64,000 nt of DNA from positions 434,489 to 498,488 of the forward strand of contig NMRA01000164.1 in NCBI GenBank assembly GCA_002633005.1. Direction: 5' to 3'. Below the pieces are notes generated by a model, which had not been told where the DNA came from, made no database searches, and worked only from the letters and a program-made list of their open reading frames with translations. Positions within the stretch are counted from its first letter, which is position 1, and each line of letters begins with the position of its first letter. This document shows, piece after piece, positions 1-13,260 of this stretch. The translations under genes and the position numbers were made by a program. The stretch is from Phoronis australis (taxonomy: Eukaryota > Animalia > Phoronida).

Positions 1-3000
1 TCTTTTCAGCATTGTCAGTTCTTCCAACAATCTTCTGACTTCATCCTCCAGTGATTTGTTAATTTCATGATTTTTGCTAAGTAATTTCTCAAACTGTTCT
101 AGTTTCAAGCTAAGCATTTCAATTTCCGAAACCTTTTCTTCGTATCTCTCAGCAAATAGGTCTTTTTCCTTAGTTAGCTTTTCTAGTTTCTTCCTTAGTT
201 TTTCCAATGCCGCAAGATGCTTTTCATCAGAGTTCGACTGACTTTCTTCCAGTTCTTTTTCTAGCTTTGTGATCTATGGATAAGACGGAGAGTTGCACTC
301 AAATGATTACTAAAACAGACGCAATGCAGAGAGCTGATATGTGCCCATCACATGTATCACAAATGGCAAAGATACAGTACCAGCCAAAAGTATTGAGACA
401 AAATGACACAGAATTCTCCATCATGACGGCTGGGCAGAAGCCAAATTCGTAGTTGAGAATGAAGGGGAATCAACAAGAAAGTTAAAGATGGCTAAGCCAT
501 TCTGTAATTAGAATTTTGTCACCCTAATACTTATTATCAGTAATTTTTGATGTTTAATAGCAGAATTAGCTGTGATAACAGGGAAAAGGTATTTTTTGAT
601 TACTTTTGTCTTGTACTGTATAAGGGGTTCTCGTTTTTTCAAACATTTCCACTCAATGGAGTGAGCGAGACTAGTGGACTTAAAAGTGAGTCTATGGAGA
701 ATAGTACAAGTCATCTGGAAATTGTAAAATGCAATCCTGAAAGATACTGAAATAGCTGCAAAGAAAATTAAACTAGGGGGAACTGCAGCAGTTGCATTCA
801 TCCAATAATCGATGCCAGTCATATTTACTTACACAGAAACTCATCTGCCATGATTCATCTAAAGGATTGGAAGATAGAGAGGTGGATACCGAAAGTGATT
901 AAAGTCCTTCTCTCACACGTTGTTAACCCTTATTACATGGTTAGAAGATGTTATAAGGATCCAAGAAGTACCTACCCCATAACTAATACACGATCCGTAC
1001 TCGAAAACAGTTTAAATGACCGCGCCACTCACGATTCGCACCCGAAGAAACACCGCCATTTTGAACTTGCCGCGAACCCGGAAGTACAATTCATTCAGGA
1101 ACCCAGGCCGAGAAAACGCCGTCNNNNNNNNNNNNNNNNNNNNNNNNNNNNNNNNNNNNNNNNNNNNNNNNNNNNNNNNNNNNNNNNNNNNNNNNNNNNN
1201 NNNNNNNNNNNNNNNNNNNNNNNNNNNNNNNNNNNNNNNNNNNNNNNNNNNNNNNNNNNNNNNNNNNNNNNNNNNNNNNNNNNNNNNNNNNNNNNNNNNN
1301 NNNNNNNNNNNNNNNNNNNNNNNNNNNNNNNNNNNNNNNNNNNNNNNNNNNNNNNNNNNNNNNNNNNNNNNNNNNNNNNNNNNNNNNNNNNNNNNNNNNN
1401 NNNNNNNNNNNNNNNNNNNNNNNNNNNNNNNNNNNNNNNNNNNNNNNNNNNNNNNNNNNNNNNNNNNNNNNNNNGCCTACGTAAGGAACTAAACACCAAT
1501 GCTATTTTAACATACTAAGTACGCGTAACATTCCAAAAAAATCAACGACCACTAACTACAAACTATAAATACACTACATATGCAAACGAATCACGATATA
1601 TTACTAATAAAACAAAATAATGAAGACTTTTCAAACAAGCCATAGCACATTCAGTTACAAGGAAAAAATGGCGGCGTTCAGGACAAGTTCCTGAACTGAT
1701 GAGCCGGAAATGTGGGTACGGAAATAATGGATGACAACCGGTAATCATACGCTCAGAGAAAAGGGTCAAATACTGTTAAAAAATCGCATTTGGCAAGAAA
1801 GGCGAAAAGAATATAAAGAAAGGGTGCCGAAAATAAGAATTTATGTAGTAAGTACTTTCGGATACTGGAACCACATGGGCAGTTTGCAAGAAGGACTTTA
1901 AAATCAACACTGGGAGTACATTGTAGGTCAGAACTGTCCAAAGATGGGCAAGCACTGATCTCTCCTATTTACCAAATTTCATGATTTTTCATCAAACTTG
2001 GTAGATATTGAAGCAAGACATTCGGCAGATAGAAAGCTTCGAACCCTACACTGTTTACTCATCAACACAGCTGCAGGATAACTGAAGCCCAATCTTACTT
2101 TGAACTTTAACTCCTTGTTTTTCTGGTTCACTGCCTTCAGTTCCTCTACTAAAACTTCATTCTGTCCGTCAGCCTTGTTTTGCCGCTGAATTTCCTGAAG
2201 TTGGTTCTTATTGGCTTGACGCAGGGCAGTGTTTTCATCTTTTAATGTGGCAATCTCACTCTCCAGTGTCTCCAGCTTCAGGGTCATGATCTAAGTAATG
2301 AGATAAACATTTTGCAGGAATTAACTGTAAAATAGGAATGTCAATTGTGTTGGTGAAACCAGGGGCATAGAGGAAGTTTCTTGAGAGAAAAGTGAGATCA
2401 CACAAGGCAATTGATTCTGGATTAAGCGCGGAGCCTTCATCGCCTACGTTAACAAAATGGCCGCCACTGAAATCATTGCACATTGAGGCTGGAATGCAGA
2501 ACTACAGGTGTAAGTTGTAAGCAACCACCCTATTTCTGTTTCATAAGCGAAGAATTCTCGCTACATGTGTTCCGTGAAAGTATAAATTTACAAGAGGTAG
2601 CCCAGATTATACTTTCTGTCTACCATAATATTGTTCCAGCATATTCTTAGGTGGTGCTAATGAAGAAAGATCGCCCTTCTTAACATCTGAATAGATTGAG
2701 AGCACAAAGCAGTTCATAAGCATTGGAGGTTTTTTAGCATTTGTGAGGTAAAAGTACCAAGTGACATAAACAACCCTTGTTACACTAGCTCTACCAAGTG
2801 AATTTTGAGTTCCCGTTGCTAGGATACCCAGTGGTCAAGTGATTAAAGCTCTAAATTTAACCATTCATAATGTTTTTGATGAATAAATAAAATCCAACTT
2901 CATGTTTAATCCATGGCAACAGTCTGTTGCTACTTCTTTTGAAGACCAGAACAGTCAGGAACAATTCTGAGACTACTTTTACAGTGGTAAATAATCCAAG

Positions 3001-6000
3001 ACCAAATCTGGTATTTTACACACTTTATGTGAACAATTGTTAATTAACTGAATGGCTAGGGGACATGTCTATTTATAACAAAATTAATTTGTATTTCCTC
3101 TCTCATGAACCAAATGTTATCAAATACACACCTGCACTTTCCCTTCATCCTCACTGTATGCCTGTAACTTCTCTGACATGCACTGGTTATTCTTTGTTAG
3201 TTCCTCAATAAGTGTCTTCAGCTGAAGAATAAGAAACGCTTTAAGATAAGTAACCCAAGAAACTAGGTCAAAATTTGACTAAATTCGGCACATCAATAAC
3301 TCCAGCTCTAACAACTGGCTATATTTAAAAACAAATTTTCAGAATAATATGATTAATGCATATTAGGGTTTGTTTTTAAAAATTACATGTTTGCCTCAGG
3401 TACTTCTGTAGATTAGTACTTCAATGTTTTTCATGGAAAAAAATCAAAACCTACATCAAAACAAAAAGGAAAAGATAATTGAAAACTATGACAGTATTTT
3501 TGATACACAGGGATATACACAGGGATATACATAGGCCTCAAAAGTCTGGTCGCCAGCTACACACAAGTGAGTCGGAAAATCTAATCGCCCAGCCCAAAGT
3601 TTGATCGCCAATTTTTAAACAGAGTTAATTATAGCATGCTTTTCAGGACTGAAAAGTCCCATTTCACATTGGGACAGCTGAGAAATTTGCAGCTTAACAT
3701 TGATAAAAAATAATCTGTGTATTGGGCAAATGTTCCCTCAGCTATTAAGCTAGTTTTTTAAAGGTAAGAATTCCTATACCCAACCAAGAAAATGTGCTTT
3801 TAATACGCCATGAGATTCCCAGTATGTAAACATTACATCAACTGTGGCATGAATGTCCAAAGCTTTCGAGTGAATCCAAAGTGTGGCTGAGGGTGGACGT
3901 GGGGTATATGCAGATACTCTTTGATCTAGATAGAATGACGTGATTGCAAGAAGTCGCAAGGTCTCCATTCAAACGCTGATGTTATTTCACCATTCATTCA
4001 GAACAAACGTGTTGCTGTTGATTCAGTAACAGTTCTTTTAATTTAGGACGTAAGGAATGATAAAAATAAGAAAGATTAATGTTTCCACATGCCCCAAAAA
4101 TGTGCCGCACAGATATATCTTATTTTACGAATGTCTTTCAACAAGTGTAAGAAAAAAGCATTTGTAGCAGGCAGAGACTACGGAACGTGGGAAGTCAGTT
4201 ATTGGGTCAAATCGTTTTTAGCCAATCATATATAATGTTGGCATTGCTTCTGATGCAGTGAGTCAATTTACATATACCAAAGGGAAAAAATAAGTCACTC
4301 GAACAATTTTGTGTGACCTCACCATGCCTACCTGAAACTTTGGAATCCAGTAAACATGGGTTCTCATAACTGCGACGAAAGACAGACTCTTTTGAAAAAT
4401 AAACTTGAAGCACAAAATGAAAGCCCATGGTTGAGTATCATGCTATTTCCAGCAGTGTGACTGTGATGAGAACATACTTACTGATATGTAATGTCACCTA
4501 TTCAGAGGCAACGGCAAGCGCGACTCAAAATCTATACTTTTCATACCTTCACTGTTTTGAATATAACGGACAGAAAATTATTTCAAATGGTGCTCCAGAA
4601 ACCTGCTTTATGAGGCTAAAGTCCGCTTAGTAAAAACACCACAATGCGGTCACCATTTATCTGAACTCCACAAAGAACGATAGAGACCAACTGCTTCGAA
4701 AATTCGTTTGCCATCTAGGATACCAACCAGTGAACTTCTACTTGCCCAGTGCCTTTCTTAGTCCTATTGATGACTGTGTGAGTGCCTAAGTATATCGCTG
4801 CATACTAGACAAACCTATGAGATATGACAGTCTTGAAAAACTTTTGCACACAGTTGCTGGAAATACCACAGACACTTTACACTCTGTTGATGGTAATACC
4901 ACAGACATTTTACACAGAAAATAGAATTAAACTACAAACAACACATCAGTCTCATTTAGTCATAACTTAAACACACCTCTCTTTTTTCTATTTCCCACTT
5001 TCTTTCATTTTCTACTTTTTCTTCAATTATTGCGCTCATCTGAAACAAAGATATGAGACAATAATTACAAAATGTTCTATGCTACAGCACATTGCCTGTC
5101 TGGAAAAAAATGGTAATGTTGGGAAAATGCTAGTTTTATCAAAAATACTTGATGGTGATCAAAAACAAATGTCAAAATCTGCCATGATATAAAACTGCAT
5201 TGCAATATTAAAAACATAGCAGTCAACAGAAATGAAAACTGCATTCTCGAAAACAGCCAATATCATATTTACATGCATGAATTGACAATCAACTATAATG
5301 TGCCCTGTAAACAAAGCTGCTAAAATACCTCCTGTTTGTGCTTGTCTATCAAAATTGCATTAATCTCATCGGCCCTGTTGAGGTACTGTTCCTGGATAGT
5401 TTTGATTCGTTCCTTGCTATCTCTGGCCACCTCGTGTAGGTCATCGCATTCTTTGCACTTGTTCTGAAAACAAGATTCCTTCAGTAAAACAGAAATACAT
5501 ATAAACTGACCAAAAATGAAAAAACATAAAACAGAAGGATATGCTTGGCAAGGAAAACCCGGTAACCAATTTTGCACACAGTATGGCAGACAATTGAAAT
5601 TTTAGTTAATTTGTAACAAACATATGTCTATAAGAAAATTTCAGTCTAGAATCACTGTGGTTTAAACCCGTGTAGCTTCTATCATTTGCAAGCAGCAATA
5701 AGTGAAAAATAAAAAACTAACAAAAATTTTGATAAATATTTTTTGTGCAAAAGTAGTGAAGAATTACCCTAACTGCTCTGAAGCTTTAGGCCAGGCTCAA
5801 TCAACTGCGAACTGAAACAACGAAGTAAGGTGTCTTGACTAGAAACAGAATGAGCAAATACACTTTAACGTTTGTAAAAGCTTCAAGGATGGTCTTCAGT
5901 AAGCAAACTCTGTTCCTCGTGGGTATCGGCACAACAAAATTAGACCTTGTAACCACGTCAACACTGGGCTAGGTGTTGGGCTTAAAGCTGCTAAAACAAG

Positions 6001-7535
6001 CAATTGTGGGCACTGTAACATAAGTTGAAGCGCGGGGCCCCTTACTTAAATGCTCATATCACAAAGATTTTCCCAAAGCAAAGGCAAACCAGGTGGAATT
6101 TTGACTTTTGAGAAGGAAAGCAAATGAGACAGCTTCAACACTGACTTAACAAAGTTTTAAAACACACTGAGGGCCACCGCAATCGATGAGATACAGGCGA
6201 CTCGATGGAGCTGTCCATTTCAAATGAACCATGGCTGAGCTGACAACTCATACAAAGGCTGGAAAATAAGACAACTCGTTCATTCAGTTGTTTAATCCTT
6301 GACGTGAAGTGCCGGCTAAGCTATCGTTCACTTGAGGCAGACAGCTCAGCTTGCAGCTTGTCTGCAATGGCCCTTATGTATGCATTCGTTCGGCTTATGG
6401 TGGACATTTACTGCACTTCGCACTTGCAAAATTGCATATTATAGATGAAACATCTGTTACATAAAGTATGTCATGTTTTATACTCATTAGTGTTAGGCTG
6501 TTCAACCTTGTTTGTTCCATGTTGTTTCTGAGCTCCTTTTTGATCCGTCAAAGTTTTAGAAATGAGCATTTGTCACATCAATTAGTAATCATGACCATCA
6601 CGCCACCTAGTTTCCAATAACTTTGGAAGATGGCTGTTGATAGGAGCCGAAACTGTTATGAGACTAAGTTATGCCTTTCTGGTTGTGAAAACAAGAAACT
6701 ATCAAAGCTCATCTTAGATGCATTGAAAGCAATCAACACAGAGATTGTGAGCAGAGAACTCATCTACACACTTCACACGAGACAAAGATTGTGCAATCTC
6801 TTCACTCTTCCTTTGACCACTGGAACAACATATAGTATAATTTTTTCTCTGTACATAAGTTCATTCTCTACAATGTAGATCTGCTCATGTAAGCTGGTCC
6901 CAATATCAATGCCATGAGACAATATCGGTCCAATGAGACTCGGATGTGTTTCATGCGTTTAGTGGATTTCTCAAGAGAGTGACCATCGTCTCTAGCTGGC
7001 CAGTAGAGACGGTAAAGCTCCTATAGGAAACTGGCCATTTTTACACAGAGGATATTACGTCATACCACATGCCACACATAGTGTTAAAAATGGCCAGTTT
7101 CCGAATTGGGGAACTGAACAAAGGACTGCTTGAAGAAAAAGTTTGATAACGGGAGTAAAAATATAGGAGCTTCACAGTCTGTAGACCATAGTTCAATTAA
7201 ACTTTAGAGACAGTGGTCAGTCTCGGAGAGTTAGTGGGCCCTAATCTCCATACGTATGAAGACGGTGCTGCATCAAATAACCACAGGGATTTACAAAACA
7301 AGACAAGTGCCCAACTAGAATTCCCTATAAGCCAGTGACGTACTGACTGGCGTTTCGGCTTTCAGTTTTATACCCAGTTTACCTCCAATTCTTCAAGTTT
7401 GGCTTTCAAGATCTTGTTTTCATTCACAATTTCTTGAAGAAATGATAATGTCTGAATGTGTTTTGTAGTCAGACGTTCATTCTGTTCAGTCTTTTCCCGA
7501 GGAATTCTGCGTTTCGACTTGGGACTACTCTCCAT
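1..7535 (-). CDS. Unidentified coiled-coil protein, multi-exon, 3' end beyond left edge
   Basis: Phase-0 GT-AG exons: 7383-7535 (MESSPKSKRR...KLEELE), 5329-5463 (NKCKECDD...KHKQE), 3132-3221 (LKTLIEEL...GKVQ), 2099-2290 (IMTLKLET...ELKFK), <1-273 (ITKLEKELEE...). All are open and E/K/L heptad-rich. Further exons could lie in the N gap at 1124-1474. Family not recognised. Confidence 0.8.
7026..7102. repeat. Short inverted repeat (MITE remnant)
   Basis: GGAAACTGGCCATTTTTACAC at 7026 and GTGTTAAAAATGGCCAGTTTCC ending at 7102. The adjacent 7106-7157 segment recurs at about 32278-32328. Confidence 0.55.
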
Positions 7536-7939
7536 CTTCGTTGTTTTGTTGTTTTTTATCAATAATAGAGAAGATGCTCACATGATGAACAAGTGCTTGA
7601 CAGGTAACGAACAACAAGTTACCGAAGCACTCAAAGTGTAAAGAAATAATAAGTGCGAGTAAAAATACAATCCGTATTCAAAGTTATATTATTCACCGTA
7701 ATACAAACTACAACTTTTAAAGATGAATATATGTTGTTTGATTTAGTGTTTAATGGCTAGAAAAGTATTAATAAATCAATTTTAAAGACAAAATTGTTCA
7801 AAAAGATTTTGTAGTTTGGCTGTCGCACTAATTTAAACTGTTTCCGTTCGCGCTTGCGCAAACTAGAAAGTCGCCATATTGCCAATAAAAGCAAAGTCAT
7901 CTCGCCGGATTTCTTTTATCTGAGGAAGTATCCGTCAAA
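7536..7939. promoter_or_regulatory. Bidirectional promoter between the coiled-coil gene and PSMD7
   Basis: Divergent ATGs about 400 bp apart. ETS-like TTTCCG at 7841, NRF1-like GCGCTTGCGCA at 7850-7860, YY1-like CGCCATATT at 7872. Confidence 0.65.
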
Positions 7940-10900
7940 ATGTCGTCTACCGATGGCACAAAGATCACGAAAGTGGTTGTTCATCCGCTTGTCCTTCTTA
8001 GCGTGGTCGATCATTTCAACAGAATGAGTAAAATTGGAAATATGAAACGAGTTGTCGGCGTGTTGCTGGGCGCTAATCGCGGAGGAGTGCTGGACGTGTC
8101 GAACATTTTTGCCGGTTCGTTCTGTGACCACTGTCAATATTCATTCTGACTTAAGCATTTATGCTGGTACACTGAGACGCATGGTGTTTTCTTTGTTGGC
8201 CCATTATGCATATCACGACAATAGTGGATAGCGGTCCCTGATTTTGATAACCAGGGCAAAATCGGCAGACACTGTCACTGAACATGATCATGTTGCTCAC
8301 TTTTTGATGAATGGTCAGAGGCACAGTTTTGCCAACTTCCTTGGCAGACTTACGTTGCATTTGCTTCAACAGCTATTTTTTACAATCTCTCAAACTCAGT
8401 TTACCGTCAGTGATTTTAAAGCAGATTAAAATGTTTGTGGTTATTTACTGAAAAGTGGAAACAGTGTGTTAAGTATGCTATTGTATGTACAAATTGTAGC
8501 ATCGCATTATAACACTCTTGTTTCTATCTGTCTTTTAAAGTGTTCGTTTAATTAAAGCTCAATGTAATCACTTGCTTATAGTTAACATAGGGCTTGTACA
8601 ATGGAACATTTAAAGTGATTAAAACAATAATATTAGGCTTTTTGTAACACGATTCAATTGTTCAATACACTGTACCTCCTTGTTATCTTTGGATAATAGG
8701 GCAAAAGCCGAGTATACGGGCCCTTCTTCAAAATGGCTGTCAGGATCCAGTTTTCACCAATTCGCTACCATTACCGAACAATAATTTCTTCCTCTAAATA
8801 ACACTTTCATTCAGTTTCTCGTTACTTTTCAAAATGTGGGACCATGTCATTATATCCAACTTTTAAATTGCACTTTGGCTGCACAGGTTCTGTCACAATG
8901 ACCATAACTTTATCAAGAAATTTCAAGGTGCAGTGCATGCTTGCCATGTCCTTGGAAAATTTCCTTAAACCCATAACTGTTTGCATTGCAGTACCCTTTG
9001 ACGAAGACGACAAAGACAAATCAGTGTGGTTCTTGGACCATGATTACTTGGAGAACATGTACGCTATGTTTAAAAAGGTTAATGGTAAGTTGTCACATCA
9101 TTCAAGTATTGTGTGTGAAGGTAGTGGTGACTTCGGAGTTGTGTAATTTATTTAATGCTTGGGCCGTTACTAGGGTAAAATCTCACTGATTTAAGACACA
9201 GCATGGCCAACAAGTGAAATTTTATTTTATCATTTTTGTATAAAAGGTATGTAGCATCAAATTTGTGATTTACCATGTTCAAATTCTGAGCCATAGCTAC
9301 CACAGAAAGTATTTTGAAAATCTGAGCATTCACAAGAATGTTAGGTGACCTCGTAGTGATCATATTGTAGAACGTTTGTAGGGAGAATTTTGAGAATGAA
9401 CTCTCCAAGCTGCAGATGAGAGGAATCCAAGATTTTATTCCATGTTTTCAGTGACAAATGATACGGAAGTCGGTTGGAGGAGTCAATTTTATTGTAAAAT
9501 ATGATTTGTTACTGTACATTGTATTGGGGTTCCAATGGAACTTCCATAGCAAACTCCATAGGTATTCACATATTTCTTAAAGATTGAATTTGTTCAGTGA
9601 CGCATTGTATCAAATTTTTTTATAACGTTGTGGTTCTTGGGCTGCTGTGTTAATTTATTCGATTTAGTTAGTGAAGTGGACAACTGTGTGCATGCCCAGA
9701 TTGTCAATTACTGTAGTGTCTTTGTGGTATTGAGTCTGATTGGGTGAACAGTTTGGAATGAAAATTAGATGTCCATAAGTTGTTGAGATTTTGTACATCA
9801 TTGCTATTGGGAATGTTGTGCTGTTTTTACAAGTGGAAGGACTAGTTTTGAATATTGTTTCATTTCTTCACGTCTGTGTTTGTTTCAGCGCGTGAGAAGA
9901 TTGTTGGTTGGTATCATACTGGACCCAAACTGCACCAGAACGATATTGCCATTAATGAGTTGATTCGGAAATACTGCCCAAACTCTGTAAGTGTCACTCT
10001 CTTTTCTGTACATAACATTGTCATTTCTGTTCTGAACCAGTGTCACTTCTCTTAGTTGAAGACTAACAGCAAAAATTGACGCGAATAAGACGCTTTTATG
10101 ATTTTTATCATCGGGCATGTATAGTTTATTCTGTAAGATTGCCACGTCAATAAACAAAATTTGAAATAATATACATATTCATGTGCAAGAAAACTTGCAT
10201 GCAGAAAGACTCAACATTGCAAGTAAAAACATATTTTTGAAGTTGTTTTAATGTCTTTGAAGTTGTAGCTTAATTTTTTTCCAAAATTTCTACTCAGGGA
10301 CTTTGCTAGGTTTCATCAGAAAAGTTATTTGCCGGTTTCTATTTTGAGCAATATTGCCTGTCAGATCTTACTCAATTCCATGAAACTGTGATATATTTGA
10401 TATACATTCTTATCATTTATTAAACTAATGAAATATTCCTTTAACTCTGAAAAAATTGCAAAAAATAATCAGTAATCAGTATTGTANTTTTTTTTTTCTA
10501 GTCCTCCCGATTTTTGTCGGGGAAAGGTTCACATTGATTGACCATTTCAAGGCTGGTTATCGGGCATGATTTCGGTCATAAAAGTTTCAAAGTTTCCGCG
10601 TTTTTTGTCATTGGTCATTCCAAGCCCTGTTAAACAGTGTTTACCTCAGTTCATAATTAATTGACATATATTTCCGAGTTATAGTTTGGTTTGCTCACCT
10701 CAACTCGATCTAACTGAATTCTTCTTACCATCAGAGAACGCAAAGGACTGGAAGCATTAGAAGAAAGTGTTTCATGGTCCGACCTTGCGCGATTTTTGCC
10801 CAACAATTCTGACTTCTGTCTGTTTACTTCCTGTTGTAGTTCGAGCACATGTTTGACATGTGCTGACTGCTGAGGGTGGTAAATACCCTGATTTCACAAA

Positions 10901-12182
10901 ATAATAAAAGTGTGACATTTGTGAAGCAAAAGTACTGAACCTAGGAAAAATGTTATTAATTCAAAGTTAAGAAGTCACCACAAATTTTGAAGCGAATTTC
11001 GAGTGAATCGTTGTCTGACTTTGATACTCGTGTTACGACTTGGGATTTTTCCCAGGTTGCCAAGCACAATTTGAAGTCACATTGGTGAGCTGCATGTTGA
11101 CAAATCGAACACTGTGTATTTATATTGTCAAGCATGCCTTTGAATATCTCCGTGTACATAACATTCTCTGATGTCATTCACACCCAGAGTCCAGGATCTA
11201 GTCTCTGAACACTTAATCTATTCATTCTCTAAATTAAACCAATTTCACTGCATGATTCAAGTTCAATTTTTTACGTTTTCCATAGGGTGACATGTTATTG
11301 GTTAATTGTGGAGTTTCGTGTGCAGATATTAGACCAAGGGCCAAGATGTTTGTGGTTTGCAATGTCTCAGGTATCGTTGTAGGATGGCACACCCACCACA
11401 AAGACCTTCGATCACGTACCAAGTGAGATAGGAGCTGAAGAAGCAGAAGAGGTCGGTGTGGAGCATCTTCTCAGGTCTGTTTACTTGTATTACATTCCTC
11501 CATTTACCTTTGCTTAGCAGTAAATTAAGTATCTAATAATTCAGTCGTAATAAGAGTTCAAATTTGGGTTTAGAAAAATTGTGCACCCAAGTTTCCCACA
11601 GGTTTGTAAAATGTGGGACTGTCTAAGAAATAGTGCATCAGTTTTATATGTGTATCATAACACAATTTTGGTCTAGCCAAGAAATAACAAATTGGGCTCT
11701 CAAAGTCTCTTTAATACTGTCTTCATTGCGATTATAGGGACATTAAAGACACGACAGTCGGCACATTATCGCAACGTATCACTGGCCAGTTAATGGGACT
11801 AAAGGGACTACACTCACAGATACGCGACGTGCATAGCTACTTGGAGAAAGTCGCAGCTGGCAAACTGCCCATCAACCACCAAATTGTCTACCAGCTGCAG
11901 AACGTGTTCAATCTGCTGCCGGATGTCACACTGCAGGACTTTGTCACAGCCGTCAACGTCAAGACGAACGATCAGATGCTGGTCGTTTACCTGGCCTCAC
12001 TGATACGGTCCATTATAGCCCTGCACAACCTCATTAATAATAAATTGTCCAATAGGGATGCAGAGAAAAACGAGGGAAAAGAGAAGGACGAGAAAAAGGA
12101 TAAGAAAGTGGGTGATGACAAGGAAGATTCGAAAAAGAAGGAAAGTGAAACGAAGGACTCTGCAAAGGCGAAAAGTAAATAG
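7940..12182 (+). CDS. PSMD7: 26S proteasome non-ATPase regulatory subunit 7 (Rpn8, MPN domain)
   Basis: Exons 7940-8114 ([18 protein letters not shown]), 8992-9084 ([19 protein letters not shown]), 9889-9986 ([11 protein letters not shown]), 11383-11474 ([17 protein letters not shown]), 11738-12182 ([10 protein letters not shown]... with KEKE-rich tail). The expected exon (VLVIID..LGLPTEAY) between 9986 and 11383 was not found. Confidence 0.96.
10488..10629 (-). mobile_element. Truncated end of hAT-like MITE (same family as 18844-19343)
   Basis: CATTGGTCATTCCAAGCCCTG ending at 10629 is the reverse complement of the left terminus at 18844. The copy is cut off at the N at 10487. Confidence 0.65.
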
Positions 12183-12443
12183 ATGTATTGAACTTTGGTG
12201 TGTCAGTGAAAGGATTGGCCTCGATAGAGAAGTGGATGCTCTCGAAAGTTGTTGAATGACATGTAATCACTTCTGCATTGTTGCCAAAACTTTTGGTGCA
12301 ATCTTTCGATTTGCCATGTTTCGTAACAATGGTTTTTGTTAGTTTGTGCTATTTCGATTGTCTCTGTTAAAATCCTAGTGAGACAACCTGGAAAGAGTTG
12401 AGTAGCTGTCTCACGGCTAGAAAAATGTAGCCAAATTTATTTA

Positions 12444-13260
12444 GGGCTGTTCCAGCAAAATCTGTATGGGAGGGGGGGGAAGGCACTTCTATTTCATACC
12501 CACCGCCCGTATTTTTCATTTATTTCTCCGACCCATGACCCATAATTTTTTAATTATTTTTAATAGGTTAAAATATAAAATCCAACACTTGCAAACAAAT
12601 TGCCTCCAGGAGGACCTGTTAAGAACTCAGATGACTGACAGACAAGAACTAGTTGTCTTGTCCAATATTGTCAAAAACTAAAGTAGCCTGTGAGCAATAC
12701 TTTTGGCAGCCACCAGGTGTCTCTGTTCACCATGTGTCTATAATTTCAATGAACATTTTTTCATTTATAAGGATCTATGAATCTCAAACTGTCTCCACGA
12801 ACTCTTCTATACTTCTATGTCAAGTGAATATTGGAACTTGTTTATCTTACTCCTCATACTTTTTATTTAAAAATCATCAATTTTCTTATATGTGTTAACA
12901 CCAGTTCAGTGTTGCATAACTTTTCAATTCAATAGGACTGCAGACAAACAGTTGGCTCAAATCGAGTTGCCCATGACTTGATTAATGGCTTAGTGAACAT
13001 ATTGCACTCTGTTCACTGGCAATATGGGCTTTTTTGTATTTGGATAAGTTAGGACAATTGCATTTATTTTTGAGTTTTTACGGCTGAAGTAACCAACCTA
13101 TCGACATTAACAGGTCAAAAAATACCACCCATTTTTAATGCATCACTTCTTACAGGAACGACCGCCCATAATTTGATTTTTTTTCTGAAGACCACCACCC
13201 ATGAATTTTTATTTCTACTGCCGTCCCCCCCCTCCCACACGGATTTTACTGGAACAGCCC
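12444..13260. mobile_element. PIF/Harbinger (Tourist-like) MITE
   Basis: TIRs GGGCTGTTCCAG(C/T)AAAATC(T/C)GT..GGGAGGGGGG, with a TTA target duplication on both sides (12441-12443, 13261-13263). No transposase ORF. Confidence 0.8.

Noticed and set aside
850-1518. Long ORFs spanning 850-1518
   Set aside because: Their length comes from the N gap.
1690-1730. CTGATGAG...GAAA hammerhead-like core
   Set aside because: Stem II lacks the G-C closing pair, and no stems I or III can be formed.
2826-2920. Possible tRNA or tRNA-derived SINE head with A- and B-box-like motifs
   Set aside because: Boxes are degenerate, there is no cloverleaf, and no second copy occurs in the window.
3531-4620. Possible DNA transposon with TAGGCCTCAAAAG / CTTTATGAGGCTA ends
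   Set aside because: The TIR match is short and imperfect, with no TSD.
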